From a bacterium (GTDB lineage Bacteria > Zhuqueibacterota > Zhuqueibacteria > Residuimicrobiales > Krinioviventaceae): a DNA stretch of 64,000 nt. The stretch lies in contig OY843751.1 of assembly GCA_963693055.1 (NCBI GenBank), positions 5,568,001-5,632,000 on the forward strand, in the 5' to 3' direction. Below the pieces are notes generated by a model, which was not told the origin of the DNA, did not search any database, and saw only the letters and a list, made by a program, of their open reading frames with translations. Position 1 is the first letter of the stretch, and each line of letters starts with the position of its first letter. The position numbers and the translations under genes were made by a program. Below, piece by piece: positions 18,567 to 27,604 of this stretch.

Positions 18567-20189
18567 ATGACTCTTAAAAAACTAGAAAACTTTGCCGGAA
18601 GAAAAGGTCCGGTATTGTTAATGATATTGGATGGCGTTGGTATTGGTAAAGAATATGAAGGTAACGCGGTTTATATGGCTAAAACACCAATACTTGATGA
18701 ACTGATGAAAAGCGATTTAATGACCCAACTCAAAGCCCACGGTCCCGCGGTAGGTTTGCCCACAGATGGCGATATGGGCAACAGCGAAGTTGGTCATAAT
18801 GCCATTGGTGCTGGTCGTGTTTTTGCACAGGGCGCAAAACTGGTAGACAATTCCATCAAAACCGGTGATATATTCAAATCCGATGCATGGACATCTATCG
18901 TCAAACGCGGACAAGAAGGCGGCGCTGTACATTTTGTTGGCCTGCTCTCAGACGGTAATGTGCATTCACATATTGACCACATGTTCGCACTGATCAAAAA
19001 CCTGGCAGATAACAATGTAAAAAAAGTACGTGTCCACGCCCTGCTTGACGGACGCGATGTAGGTGAACGCTCTGCGCTGGAATATATTCGTCCCACACAG
19101 GAATTGCTGGACAGCATTTCAAAAGAAAAAGGTTTTGATTACAACTTTGGTTCCGGCGGCGGCCGTATGGTTACCACCATGGACCGTTACAATGCAGATT
19201 GGGACGTAGTAAAACGCGGCTGGGATGCCCATGTTAAAGGCGAGGCCCGCAAATTTAAATCCGCAGCAGAAGCTGTCCAGGCCTTTTACGATGAAGACCC
19301 TGGCATGACAGATCAGTATATGGGTCAGTTTGTTGTTGTAGACGACAATGACGAACCCATTGGTAAAATAGAGGATGGTGACAGTGTTCTGAATTTCAAC
19401 TTTCGCGGCGACCGTGCTATCGAGCTGTCACGCGCGTTTGATGAACCCGATCTGGACACCTTTGATCGCGGTCCCATTCCCGACGTCTTTTACGCGGGCA
19501 TGATGGAGTACGATGGTGATCTGCACATCCCCAAAAACTATATCGTAGAGCCACCACAGATCGACAGGACCGTTTCTGAATACCTTTGCGATGCGGGTGT
19601 AACCAGCTTTGCCATTTCCGAAACCCAAAAATTTGGTCATGTTACCTATTTCTGGAACGGTAACCGCTCTGGTTATATTAACAAAAATCTTGAAACCTAT
19701 GTTGAAATTCCATCAGACAAGATCGCTTTTGACAAAGCACCCAAGATGAAAGCTATCGAGATTACTGAAAAATCCATCGAATTGTTAAAATCCGGCAAGT
19801 ACCAGTTTGGCCGTATCAACTTTGCTAACGGAGATATGGTAGGACACAGTGGTATTGTTGAAGCCGCTATCACTGCAATGGAAACTGTTGACGAATGCGT
19901 TGGCAAACTTTTGGCAGTTGTTAAAGAATTGGGTGGTATTGCAATTATCACAGCAGATCATGGCAATTCAGATGAAATGTTTACTGAAAAGAATGGCAAG
20001 CGCACACCCAAAACCGCGCATACATTGAATCCGGTTCCCTTTATCATTTGTGATTATGGATATAACAATGAATATACCATGGCCAATGTAGAGGGCGCAG
20101 GATTGGCAAACATTGCGTCAACACTTCTCAACCTTTTGGGTTTTGAAAAGGTAGAGGATTATGAGGAATCTTTAATCGAATTCAAATAA
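18567..20189 (+). CDS. gpmI: 2,3-bisphosphoglycerate-independent phosphoglycerate mutase
   Basis: ILDGVG, MGNSEVGH, SDGNVHSH, DGRDV, NGDMVGH, TADHGN. Start taken at ATG 18567 after GAGG. Confidence 0.97.
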   Translation: MTLKKLENFAGRKGPVLLMILDGVGIGKEYEGNAVYMAKTPILDELMKSDLMTQLKAHGPAVGLPTDGDMGNSEVGHNAIGAGRVFAQGAKLVDNSIKTGDIFKSDAWTSIVKRGQEGGAVHFVGLLSDGNVHSHIDHMFALIKNLADNNVKKVRVHALLDGRDVGERSALEYIRPTQELLDSISKEKGFDYNFGSGGGRMVTTMDRYNADWDVVKRGWDAHVKGEARKFKSAAEAVQAFYDEDPGMTDQYMGQFVVVDDNDEPIGKIEDGDSVLNFNFRGDRAIELSRAFDEPDLDTFDRGPIPDVFYAGMMEYDGDLHIPKNYIVEPPQIDRTVSEYLCDAGVTSFAISETQKFGHVTYFWNGNRSGYINKNLETYVEIPSDKIAFDKAPKMKAIEITEKSIELLKSGKYQFGRINFANGDMVGHSGIVEAAITAMETVDECVGKLLAVVKELGGIAIITADHGNSDEMFTEKNGKRTPKTAHTLNPVPFIICDYGYNNEYTMANVEGAGLANIASTLLNLLGFEKVEDYEESLIEFK

Positions 20190-20214
20190 ACTAATGGATT
20201 TAGTTGATACCGTC

Positions 20215-20242
20215 TATTGCCGGTCTATAAAGGCCGGCAATA
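20215..20242 (+). terminator. Hairpin between gpmI and archease
   Basis: TATTGCCGGTCT-ATAA-AGGCCGGCAATA; weak U-tail. Confidence 0.45.
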
Positions 20243-20256
20243 TTAACTAATGAAAA

Positions 20257-20676
20257 ATGACATCAATAGTAGAATACATCGACCACACAGGTGACACCGG
20301 CATAGTTGTCACGGCAGACACACTTGAACAGGTTTTCATAACAGCGGCAAAATCCATGTTTCACATGATTTGTCCGCAAAAAGTTGAAAAACCCGAGATC
20401 ACCAAAACTATCTCTTTTCAATCAGACGATCTTGAACAAATGATGGTCAACTGGTTATCTGAATTGAATTATTTTTTTCAGACCGAATCTTTTTTACTGG
20501 GCAGTATAGCTGACATACATTTCAGCAACAATGTTCTTTCCGCAAACGTCAGAGGAGAATCACTCGACAGTTCCCGACACGAAATTCATATGGAAATCAA
20601 AGCGGTTACGTATCACGATATCTATGTCAAACCGGTTAACGGTTCATGGCAGGCACGCATAATTTTTGATATTTGA
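20257..20676 (+). CDS. Archease
   Basis: DHTGD N-terminal motif, WLSEL, EIKAVTYH and C-terminal IFDI. Confidence 0.94.
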   Translation: MTSIVEYIDHTGDTGIVVTADTLEQVFITAAKSMFHMICPQKVEKPEITKTISFQSDDLEQMMVNWLSELNYFFQTESFLLGSIADIHFSNNVLSANVRGESLDSSRHEIHMEIKAVTYHDIYVKPVNGSWQARIIFDI

Positions 20677-20678
20677 TC

Positions 20679-22118
20679 ATGACTAAAAATTTTCAAAAAA
20701 TCCACGATTTCTTGTACGAAATCCCCAAAACCGGAAAAATGAATGTTCCCGCACGGATTTACGCCAGTGACTCCATGCTTAAGGACATGGTTAATGATAA
20801 TGCTCCCCAACAGGCTGCCAATGTTGCCTGTTTACCCGGTATTATCAACTATTCATATGCCATGCCGGATATGCACTGGGGTTATGGTTTCCCCATTGGT
20901 GGCGTCGCCGCGTTTGATATGGATAATGGAATTGTATCTCCCGGTGGAGTGGGTTACGACATCAACTGCGGTGTACGTTTGCTGAGGTCCAATCTCGACA
21001 AAAATGATGTGAAAGATAAAATCAGAGATATTGTCACCGCACTGTTTCACAGTATTCCCAGTGGTATTGGCTCTAAAGGGCAGATCAATCTGGCCCGTAA
21101 AGAAGAATTGCGGGTACTGAAACAAGGAGCACACTGGGCTGTTGAAAATGGATATGGCGAATCAGCCGATCTGGACAAGATTGAAGAAAACGGCAAAATG
21201 CCGGGTGCCGAAACAGAGTTTGTAAGCGAACACGCATTGAATCGCGGCAAAGCACAACTGGGCACGCTGGGATCAGGCAACCATTTTGTTGAAGTGGGCT
21301 TTGTGGAACAAATTTTTGACGTGCAAAAAGCTGCAATAATGGGCCTGCATAAAGACCAGGTAACCGTGATCATCCATACCGGATCACGCGGTCTGGGCCA
21401 TCAAATTTGTGATGACTTTATCAAAGTTATGCTCAGGGCATCAGAAAAATACGGCATCTACCTTCCCGACCGTCAGTTATGTTGTGCTCCGGTGAAATCA
21501 ATAGAGGGACAGCAATATCTTGCCGCTATGGCTTGCGGTGTGAATTTTGGTTTTGCCAACCGTCAATTGATCACCCACTGGACCCGTGAAGCATTAAAAA
21601 AAGGATTACACAGCAGCAGCAAATCCGTCAATTTACAAGTCGTCTATGAAGTTGCACACAATATTGCCAAAATTGAAACCCACTCTGTAAACGGAAAACA
21701 ACAACCGGTATGCGTACACCGCAAGGGTGCAACACGGGCATTCGGCCCAAACCAGGCGTCCATTCCTGAAGCGTATCGTAAAATTGGTCAACCGGTTTTA
21801 ATTCCCGGTGACATGGGGCGTTATTCTTATGTACTGGCCGGCACAGACCAGGCCATGCAGGAGACCTTTGGCTCGACCTGTCATGGAGCCGGAAGAATGT
21901 TGAGTCGCAAAAAAGCCATGCAAAAAGCGCAGGGGCGCTCTATTCACAGAGAACTTGAGGACAAGGGGATCTGGGTAATGGCATCTTCAAAAGGCACACT
22001 CGCAGAAGAAATGCCTGAAGCTTATAAAAATGTATCTGATGTAGTAGGTGCTGTAGAGGGTGCGGGTTTATCTGCAATTGTTGCGAGATTAAAACCCCTG
22101 GGCGTAATTAAGGGTTAA
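20679..22118 (+). CDS. rtcB: RtcB RNA ligase (archaeal/eukaryote-like, archease-associated)
   Basis: MPDMHWGYGFPIGG, GYDINCG, GTLGSGNHF, HTGSRG, HN, HRKGA, PGDMG, HGAGR, EEMPEAYK. Confidence 0.97.
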   Translation: MTKNFQKIHDFLYEIPKTGKMNVPARIYASDSMLKDMVNDNAPQQAANVACLPGIINYSYAMPDMHWGYGFPIGGVAAFDMDNGIVSPGGVGYDINCGVRLLRSNLDKNDVKDKIRDIVTALFHSIPSGIGSKGQINLARKEELRVLKQGAHWAVENGYGESADLDKIEENGKMPGAETEFVSEHALNRGKAQLGTLGSGNHFVEVGFVEQIFDVQKAAIMGLHKDQVTVIIHTGSRGLGHQICDDFIKVMLRASEKYGIYLPDRQLCCAPVKSIEGQQYLAAMACGVNFGFANRQLITHWTREALKKGLHSSSKSVNLQVVYEVAHNIAKIETHSVNGKQQPVCVHRKGATRAFGPNQASIPEAYRKIGQPVLIPGDMGRYSYVLAGTDQAMQETFGSTCHGAGRMLSRKKAMQKAQGRSIHRELEDKGIWVMASSKGTLAEEMPEAYKNVSDVVGAVEGAGLSAIVARLKPLGVIKG

Positions 22119-22121
22119 TAT

Positions 22122-25100
22122 TTATATCATTTGGGTTACCGCATAAATTGCGTCTATCAAATTCTTTTCCGCATATGGCTTGACAACAACATTTGAAACA
22201 CCCGATTTGTAAATACGTTCGCGGTCTTCCTGAAGTGCATGAGCAGTAACAGCAATAACTGGAATTTCTTTACAATCCGGTTTTTCTTTGATTTGTTTTG
22301 TGGCTTCAATCCCGTTCAACACAGGCAAACCAATATCCATCAAAACACAATCCGGTTTGTGGCGCTCAACCATATCAACAGCTTCCAAACCATTCCCGGC
22401 TTCCAATACAGTAAACTCGCTGTTTTCCAGAATTGACCTGACATAAATGCGATTAATTGCTTCGTCTTCAACTACCAGGATGGTAAGTTTTTTTATTTTA
22501 CTATCTTTATGCTTTCTAATTCTTGATTTGAGCTTGCTCTTTTCAAGCACCGGTGTTTCTCGAATTGGAAGCGAAACAATAAACTCAGAACCTTCATCAA
22601 CCGATGAATGAACAGCAATTTCACCCCCAATAAGGTCTAACAAATTTTTTACGATAGCAAGCCCGGCACCTATACCAGCGTGCTCTTTGGTGTACGGATC
22701 TTCGAGCTGATGAAAAGGCTCAAAAATCTCATCAATCCTGTTTGCTGGAATTCCAATCCCCTCATCTTTAACGCTAATTACCAGATTTTTTTCAAGCATG
22801 ATCTTGATGTATATAGTTCCCTTTTGAGAATATTTAATAGCATTGGTCAACAAATTAACCAAAATCTGGGTAATTCGATGCTTGTCTCCATAATAATCAA
22901 CAGTTCCCTTTGAATATTCAAAAACAAACGATAATCCTTTTTCTTCTGCTCTGATCTTTAAAGTACTTAAAAGATCAGACACCAGTTCAACTATATCAAA
23001 TTTTTCAGGTCGCAAGGTAATTTTCCCAATATCTATACGAGACAATTCGAGCATATCTTCAATTAAATACAGCAAATGATTTGCTGATTCTCTCGCCATG
23101 TTAATAAATGCAAGCTGCCGCGGATCTATAGAATCATCATCTATCAGAGACATCATTCCCAATATACCATTCATTGGCGTTCTTAATTCGTGGCTCATAT
23201 TGGCAAGAAAATCACTCTTGGCCCGATTTGCTTTTTCCGCAAGCACTTTGGCAGACTGGATCTCTATAAAAGCTTTTTGACGCGCAACAATACTCCAAAC
23301 ACTGTCCATCAATAAGGTTAGCTGATCAATGTCCTGCTGGTCATAATCCTGTTCTTTATTGGCAACTCCAACGACTGCTACAATTACATCATCAGAAAAA
23401 ACCGGAATTGTCAAAAACTTTTCCAGCTCAACATGGCCCTCAGGTATACCCCTGACATAAGGATTTTCTTTCGAGTATTCGTTCACAATAAAGGCTTTAC
23501 GCTGTCTTACCGCTTCTCCCCAACATCCGGTAGCGTTTAAATCATAAACCGTTTGCACGTCCATAACCTGGCATTGTTTCATAGCTTCATCCGACCAGGA
23601 ATGAAGTTCAAACTGTTCTTTCTCTTCACTATAAAAATAAATATAACCTATTTTGCTTTCCGTAAGCGTAATTGCCTCTTTTAAAGCATAATCTAACAAT
23701 TCCTGATAAGAATCCGTCCGCTTTTGAGATATTCTGAAAAGACTTTCAAGTCTTTCCCCTTGTTTCTTAACCAACTCACCCTGTTTTTTCCGGTCGGTAA
23801 TATCTCTATTGCTTCCACGATGCCCAAGTGAATTGCCGTCTTCATCAAATACAAGCTGACAAGAATGTTCTATCCAAACAATTTCTCCACTTTTCTTTTT
23901 TATTCTAAACTGAATCAAAGAATGGCTGGATTTATCTGACTTTAAAGCAGCCAGATGTTCATGCCATAAATATCTGTCTTCCGGGAGAATGATCTGGAAC
24001 AACAAATCAGGATTATCAACATACTCTTTAGCACTAAAACCGGATATTCGTTCGCAAGATGGAGAAACATACTGATTTCTTCCTTTATTATCTGTCCAGA
24101 ATTCCCAATCAAATGTATATTCAGCTACTGTTCGAAACTTTTTCTCTGCATCGGCAAGTGCTTGTTCTGACTTTCTCTGGTCACTGGTATCTTCATACAA
24201 GGCAACAACAAGATCCGAAGGAAGTTTAAAGACATAATTCTCAACCCATTCATGTATACGGGCATCTTTGTATCGCTTTAATGGTAAAGATTCAGCCTTT
24301 CCGGTTTTCCATACTCGCTGCAAAACATTAAACAAACCCAGATCTTTAACTCCCGGAAACACCTCGGTTATTTTTTTATTTTGAATATGATCACGCTTGA
24401 CCTGACTCAATTTCTGACCAGCGTGATTAACATCAACAATAATAAAATCTTTACCATTATCAATGGCTTTATAAATTGCAACACCAGCGGAAATATTATT
24501 GAACAATTGTCTGAACCGTTCTTCTCGTTCTTTTAATTCATTTTCATTATGTAAACGTTCAGAAATGTCTAAAAAGGTTGTTGCAAAATATCCTTTTTCC
24601 GTAGAATATGCCTGGACTTCATAGTAACGGTCCAATTCCTTGGCGTAATTTGTAAAAAACAAGGATTCTCCGGAAAGGGCAACTTGAGCATATTTTTCAA
24701 TCCAGGAAGATTCCGTATCTGGTAATACTTCCAATACTCGTTTTCCGATAATATCCCGGGCCTTTAAACCTGTCATTTCTTCAAATTTGGGGTTCACTTC
24801 CAAAAAAATGTAATCAACAGGTTTTCCTTTTTTATCCGTAATAATTTTGTGCAAAGCAAAAGCAGAATTCATATGCTCAAACAATTTGCGATACTGTTTT
24901 TCACTGTTTTGAAGCGCAAGATCTGTTTCTTTTTGATTGGTAATTTCTTTGACGGTACCAAAAATTCGAACCAACGTTAATTTTTCATCATCCCACTCGG
25001 GTACACCAATAAATTGAAACCATTTTACTTCCCCCGCTTGAGTAATGATCCGGCACTCTAAAGAAACCTTTTTACCCTGCATTATTGTTTCAAATGTAGC

Positions 25101-26009
25101 ATGTACCTGAGGAATATCATCGGGATGGAATTTCTTTTTGTAATCTTTTTTGCCATAAAGTTGAGAAAATGGATAACCGGCAAGCTTTTCAAATGATCCA
25201 TATTCCCATTCTACTTCAAAGTCACCTTTACCTTTTAAAAGAATTGAATAGGCATAATCAGTAGTTAAAGAAGAAATGTTGAGCAGGTGTTTTTTGGAGA
25301 TACTCAATGCATCAATTGTCTGGCTTGCATTAGACACATCTTTGAAAATACAACATATTTTTTTAAAAACACCTTCCGGAGTAGTGCATAGTTTGCCATC
25401 AAATGAAACAGTTAATAAAGTACCATCTTTTTTAACCAATCGGAATTCCTGGTTCTCTATATACCCCTGCTCTTTAATCTTTTTAAATAAAGTTTCAAAA
25501 ATTGGAGCCTCTTGGGGAACCCAAAAATTACCAAACCACTTGCCAATGACATTATCTTTACTATAACCCAGACTTGTGCACCAGGTTGAATTTACGTTCA
25601 AGATATATCCTTTATTATCTAAGGATTGATATGCCAGAGGAGATTTTTCATAAAAACTATCACAATCTACATTCAAGAAATGCGGATTCATATCATTTTG
25701 TCTTTCTATGTTACCCAAAATGACTAAAAACCCCGTCAGTTTTTTTGAGTCTAAAAGAGGTAAAACTTGAACATTTGATAAAAACAATGTTGTATGTGGT
25801 AGTAAAGGATTTATTATCTTACATTTTTTCCCTGTTTCAAAATCACTATAATTCTTTACTAATTCATTACCTAATTCTGGAATAAAATCAGATATTTTTT
25901 TTCCAACAAAATCAGTTTCTGATATTTGGATTTTTTTTAAAGCTTCCCTACCTGCTTTAAAAACAACACCTTGAAAATCGACATAAATTGTTGCTGAATT
26001 TAAATTCAA
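22122..26009 (-). CDS. Hybrid sensor histidine kinase (multiple PAS, GAF, HisKA, HATPase, REC)
   Basis: FLANMSHELRTPMNG, NLLTNAIKY, DEGIGI, VEDE, LMDIGLP; repeated PAS/PAC segments; GAF motif VVGVANK. Confidence 0.95.
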   Translation of the reverse strand: MNLNSATIYVDFQGVVFKAGREALKKIQISETDFVGKKISDFIPELGNELVKNYSDFETGKKCKIINPLLPHTTLFLSNVQVLPLLDSKKLTGFLVILGNIERQNDMNPHFLNVDCDSFYEKSPLAYQSLDNKGYILNVNSTWCTSLGYSKDNVIGKWFGNFWVPQEAPIFETLFKKIKEQGYIENQEFRLVKKDGTLLTVSFDGKLCTTPEGVFKKICCIFKDVSNASQTIDALSISKKHLLNISSLTTDYAYSILLKGKGDFEVEWEYGSFEKLAGYPFSQLYGKKDYKKKFHPDDIPQVHATFETIMQGKKVSLECRIITQAGEVKWFQFIGVPEWDDEKLTLVRIFGTVKEITNQKETDLALQNSEKQYRKLFEHMNSAFALHKIITDKKGKPVDYIFLEVNPKFEEMTGLKARDIIGKRVLEVLPDTESSWIEKYAQVALSGESLFFTNYAKELDRYYEVQAYSTEKGYFATTFLDISERLHNENELKEREERFRQLFNNISAGVAIYKAIDNGKDFIIVDVNHAGQKLSQVKRDHIQNKKITEVFPGVKDLGLFNVLQRVWKTGKAESLPLKRYKDARIHEWVENYVFKLPSDLVVALYEDTSDQRKSEQALADAEKKFRTVAEYTFDWEFWTDNKGRNQYVSPSCERISGFSAKEYVDNPDLLFQIILPEDRYLWHEHLAALKSDKSSHSLIQFRIKKKSGEIVWIEHSCQLVFDEDGNSLGHRGSNRDITDRKKQGELVKKQGERLESLFRISQKRTDSYQELLDYALKEAITLTESKIGYIYFYSEEKEQFELHSWSDEAMKQCQVMDVQTVYDLNATGCWGEAVRQRKAFIVNEYSKENPYVRGIPEGHVELEKFLTIPVFSDDVIVAVVGVANKEQDYDQQDIDQLTLLMDSVWSIVARQKAFIEIQSAKVLAEKANRAKSDFLANMSHELRTPMNGILGMMSLIDDDSIDPRQLAFINMARESANHLLYLIEDMLELSRIDIGKITLRPEKFDIVELVSDLLSTLKIRAEEKGLSFVFEYSKGTVDYYGDKHRITQILVNLLTNAIKYSQKGTIYIKIMLEKNLVISVKDEGIGIPANRIDEIFEPFHQLEDPYTKEHAGIGAGLAIVKNLLDLIGGEIAVHSSVDEGSEFIVSLPIRETPVLEKSKLKSRIRKHKDSKIKKLTILVVEDEAINRIYVRSILENSEFTVLEAGNGLEAVDMVERHKPDCVLMDIGLPVLNGIEATKQIKEKPDCKEIPVIAVTAHALQEDRERIYKSGVSNVVVKPYAEKNLIDAIYAVTQMI

Positions 26010-26455
26010 ATACTCTTCCCACCCGGTTTATTATTAATAACCAGTCAAAAATAAAAAACATATTTTTATTTTAATTGGTATTGTATATTATGCAAAATAT
26101 ATACCATGATGTCAAGAAAAATCATTATATTTACTCGAGTTTTCGGTAAATTAAGCTAAGAATAAGAAGAAATTTACATATTCTATTATTTTAAATCACT
26201 TTGTTGCACTTATTACTTGAATTCACGACGTTTATATTATTATACTCTTGATAAATAAAGAAATCCAAATTGAAAGGATTTTCCAGTTTCAACTCGCGTT
26301 TTTTCTTGCATTATTAGATTTAAACCATTACTTTTTAAAACCTCATATAACATCAATATTTTAATCCCCTTTTTCTACAACTTTTTTTTTCAAAATCTTT
26401 TAGTTTTATCATTTCATTCATTATTATTTTACAAAATCATGAAAGGAATTATATC

Positions 26456-27493
26456 ATGACTCATGTTCAAACATCAAAAGAATTGGAATCTCTACATTCA
26501 ATGGTTGAGCTGTTCAACCTGGCAACAGGATTTATGAAATCCCAATGTCTCTATACTGCGGCAAAGTTAAATATCGCCGATCTGCTACAACAGGGTCCTC
26601 TTTCCATCCAAGACCTGTCAAAAAAAACAGGAACACAACCGCTAGCACTTGAGCGATTGCTTAACACTCTGATTGTTATGGGAATTTTTCAAAGAACAGA
26701 ACAACAAAAAATCAGTAACACATCATTGTCAACACTATTACAAAGCGATCATCCGTACTCACAACGTTCATACATTTTACTTTTAGGTGATGCATCCTGG
26801 TGGAATTCATGGGGCAGACTCGATTACTCTGTAACAACCGGTCAAGCCGCCTTTGACCAATATTTCAAAATGAGCTATACCGAGTATCTTGAACAAAACC
26901 CACAATTATCTGATACCTTTAATGATTGTATGACCCGAATAGCTAAAGGCCACATCCCTGCAATCCTCAACAGTTATGATTTCAGCAGGTTTAACAGTAT
27001 TATTGATATAGGTGGTGGACAGGGAAGTTTGGTAAAAGCAATTATTGAAAAAAATCCTCATCTAACAGGAACCGTCTTTGATTTGGAACATGTGATTAAG
27101 GATGCAATATTACATATACCTTCAGGGCAACAGGGTCAACTAGAATATATCAGCGGCAATTTTTTTGAATCGGTTCCCAAAGGTAAGGATGCCTATCTTT
27201 TAAAACAAATCATCCATGACTGGGGAGATGATGAGTGCGTACGTATTCTGACTCACTGTCGAAAAGCAATGGCTCCAAATGGGCGGATTCTGGTTATTGA
27301 CGCAGTTCTGGATGCGGACAATGCATCTGTTATTAACTATTTATTTGATTTACATATGCTTGTTACCGCTCCTGGTGGGAAAGAAAGGACTATCACACAA
27401 TTCAATTATCTCTTTCAAGAATCAGGATTAGAATTAATGAATATTATAACTACACCGTCTTCTTTTTGCATATTAGAAGGAAAAGCAATATAA
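26456..27493 (+). CDS. SAM-dependent O-methyltransferase (Methyltransf_2 with dimerisation domain)
   Basis: IDIGGGQG, GNFFESVP, LKQIIHDWGD, GGKERT. Confidence 0.93.
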   Translation: MTHVQTSKELESLHSMVELFNLATGFMKSQCLYTAAKLNIADLLQQGPLSIQDLSKKTGTQPLALERLLNTLIVMGIFQRTEQQKISNTSLSTLLQSDHPYSQRSYILLLGDASWWNSWGRLDYSVTTGQAAFDQYFKMSYTEYLEQNPQLSDTFNDCMTRIAKGHIPAILNSYDFSRFNSIIDIGGGQGSLVKAIIEKNPHLTGTVFDLEHVIKDAILHIPSGQQGQLEYISGNFFESVPKGKDAYLLKQIIHDWGDDECVRILTHCRKAMAPNGRILVIDAVLDADNASVINYLFDLHMLVTAPGGKERTITQFNYLFQESGLELMNIITTPSSFCILEGKAI

Positions 27494-27604
27494 TTTGATC
27501 AGTTATTGAGATAAACACTCTTTTTCCATCTTGACTTTTTAAGCAGAATTCATCATTTTCATGTTCAGCGAATATAATTTTATTTTAATAATCGGGAGCT
27601 GTCA

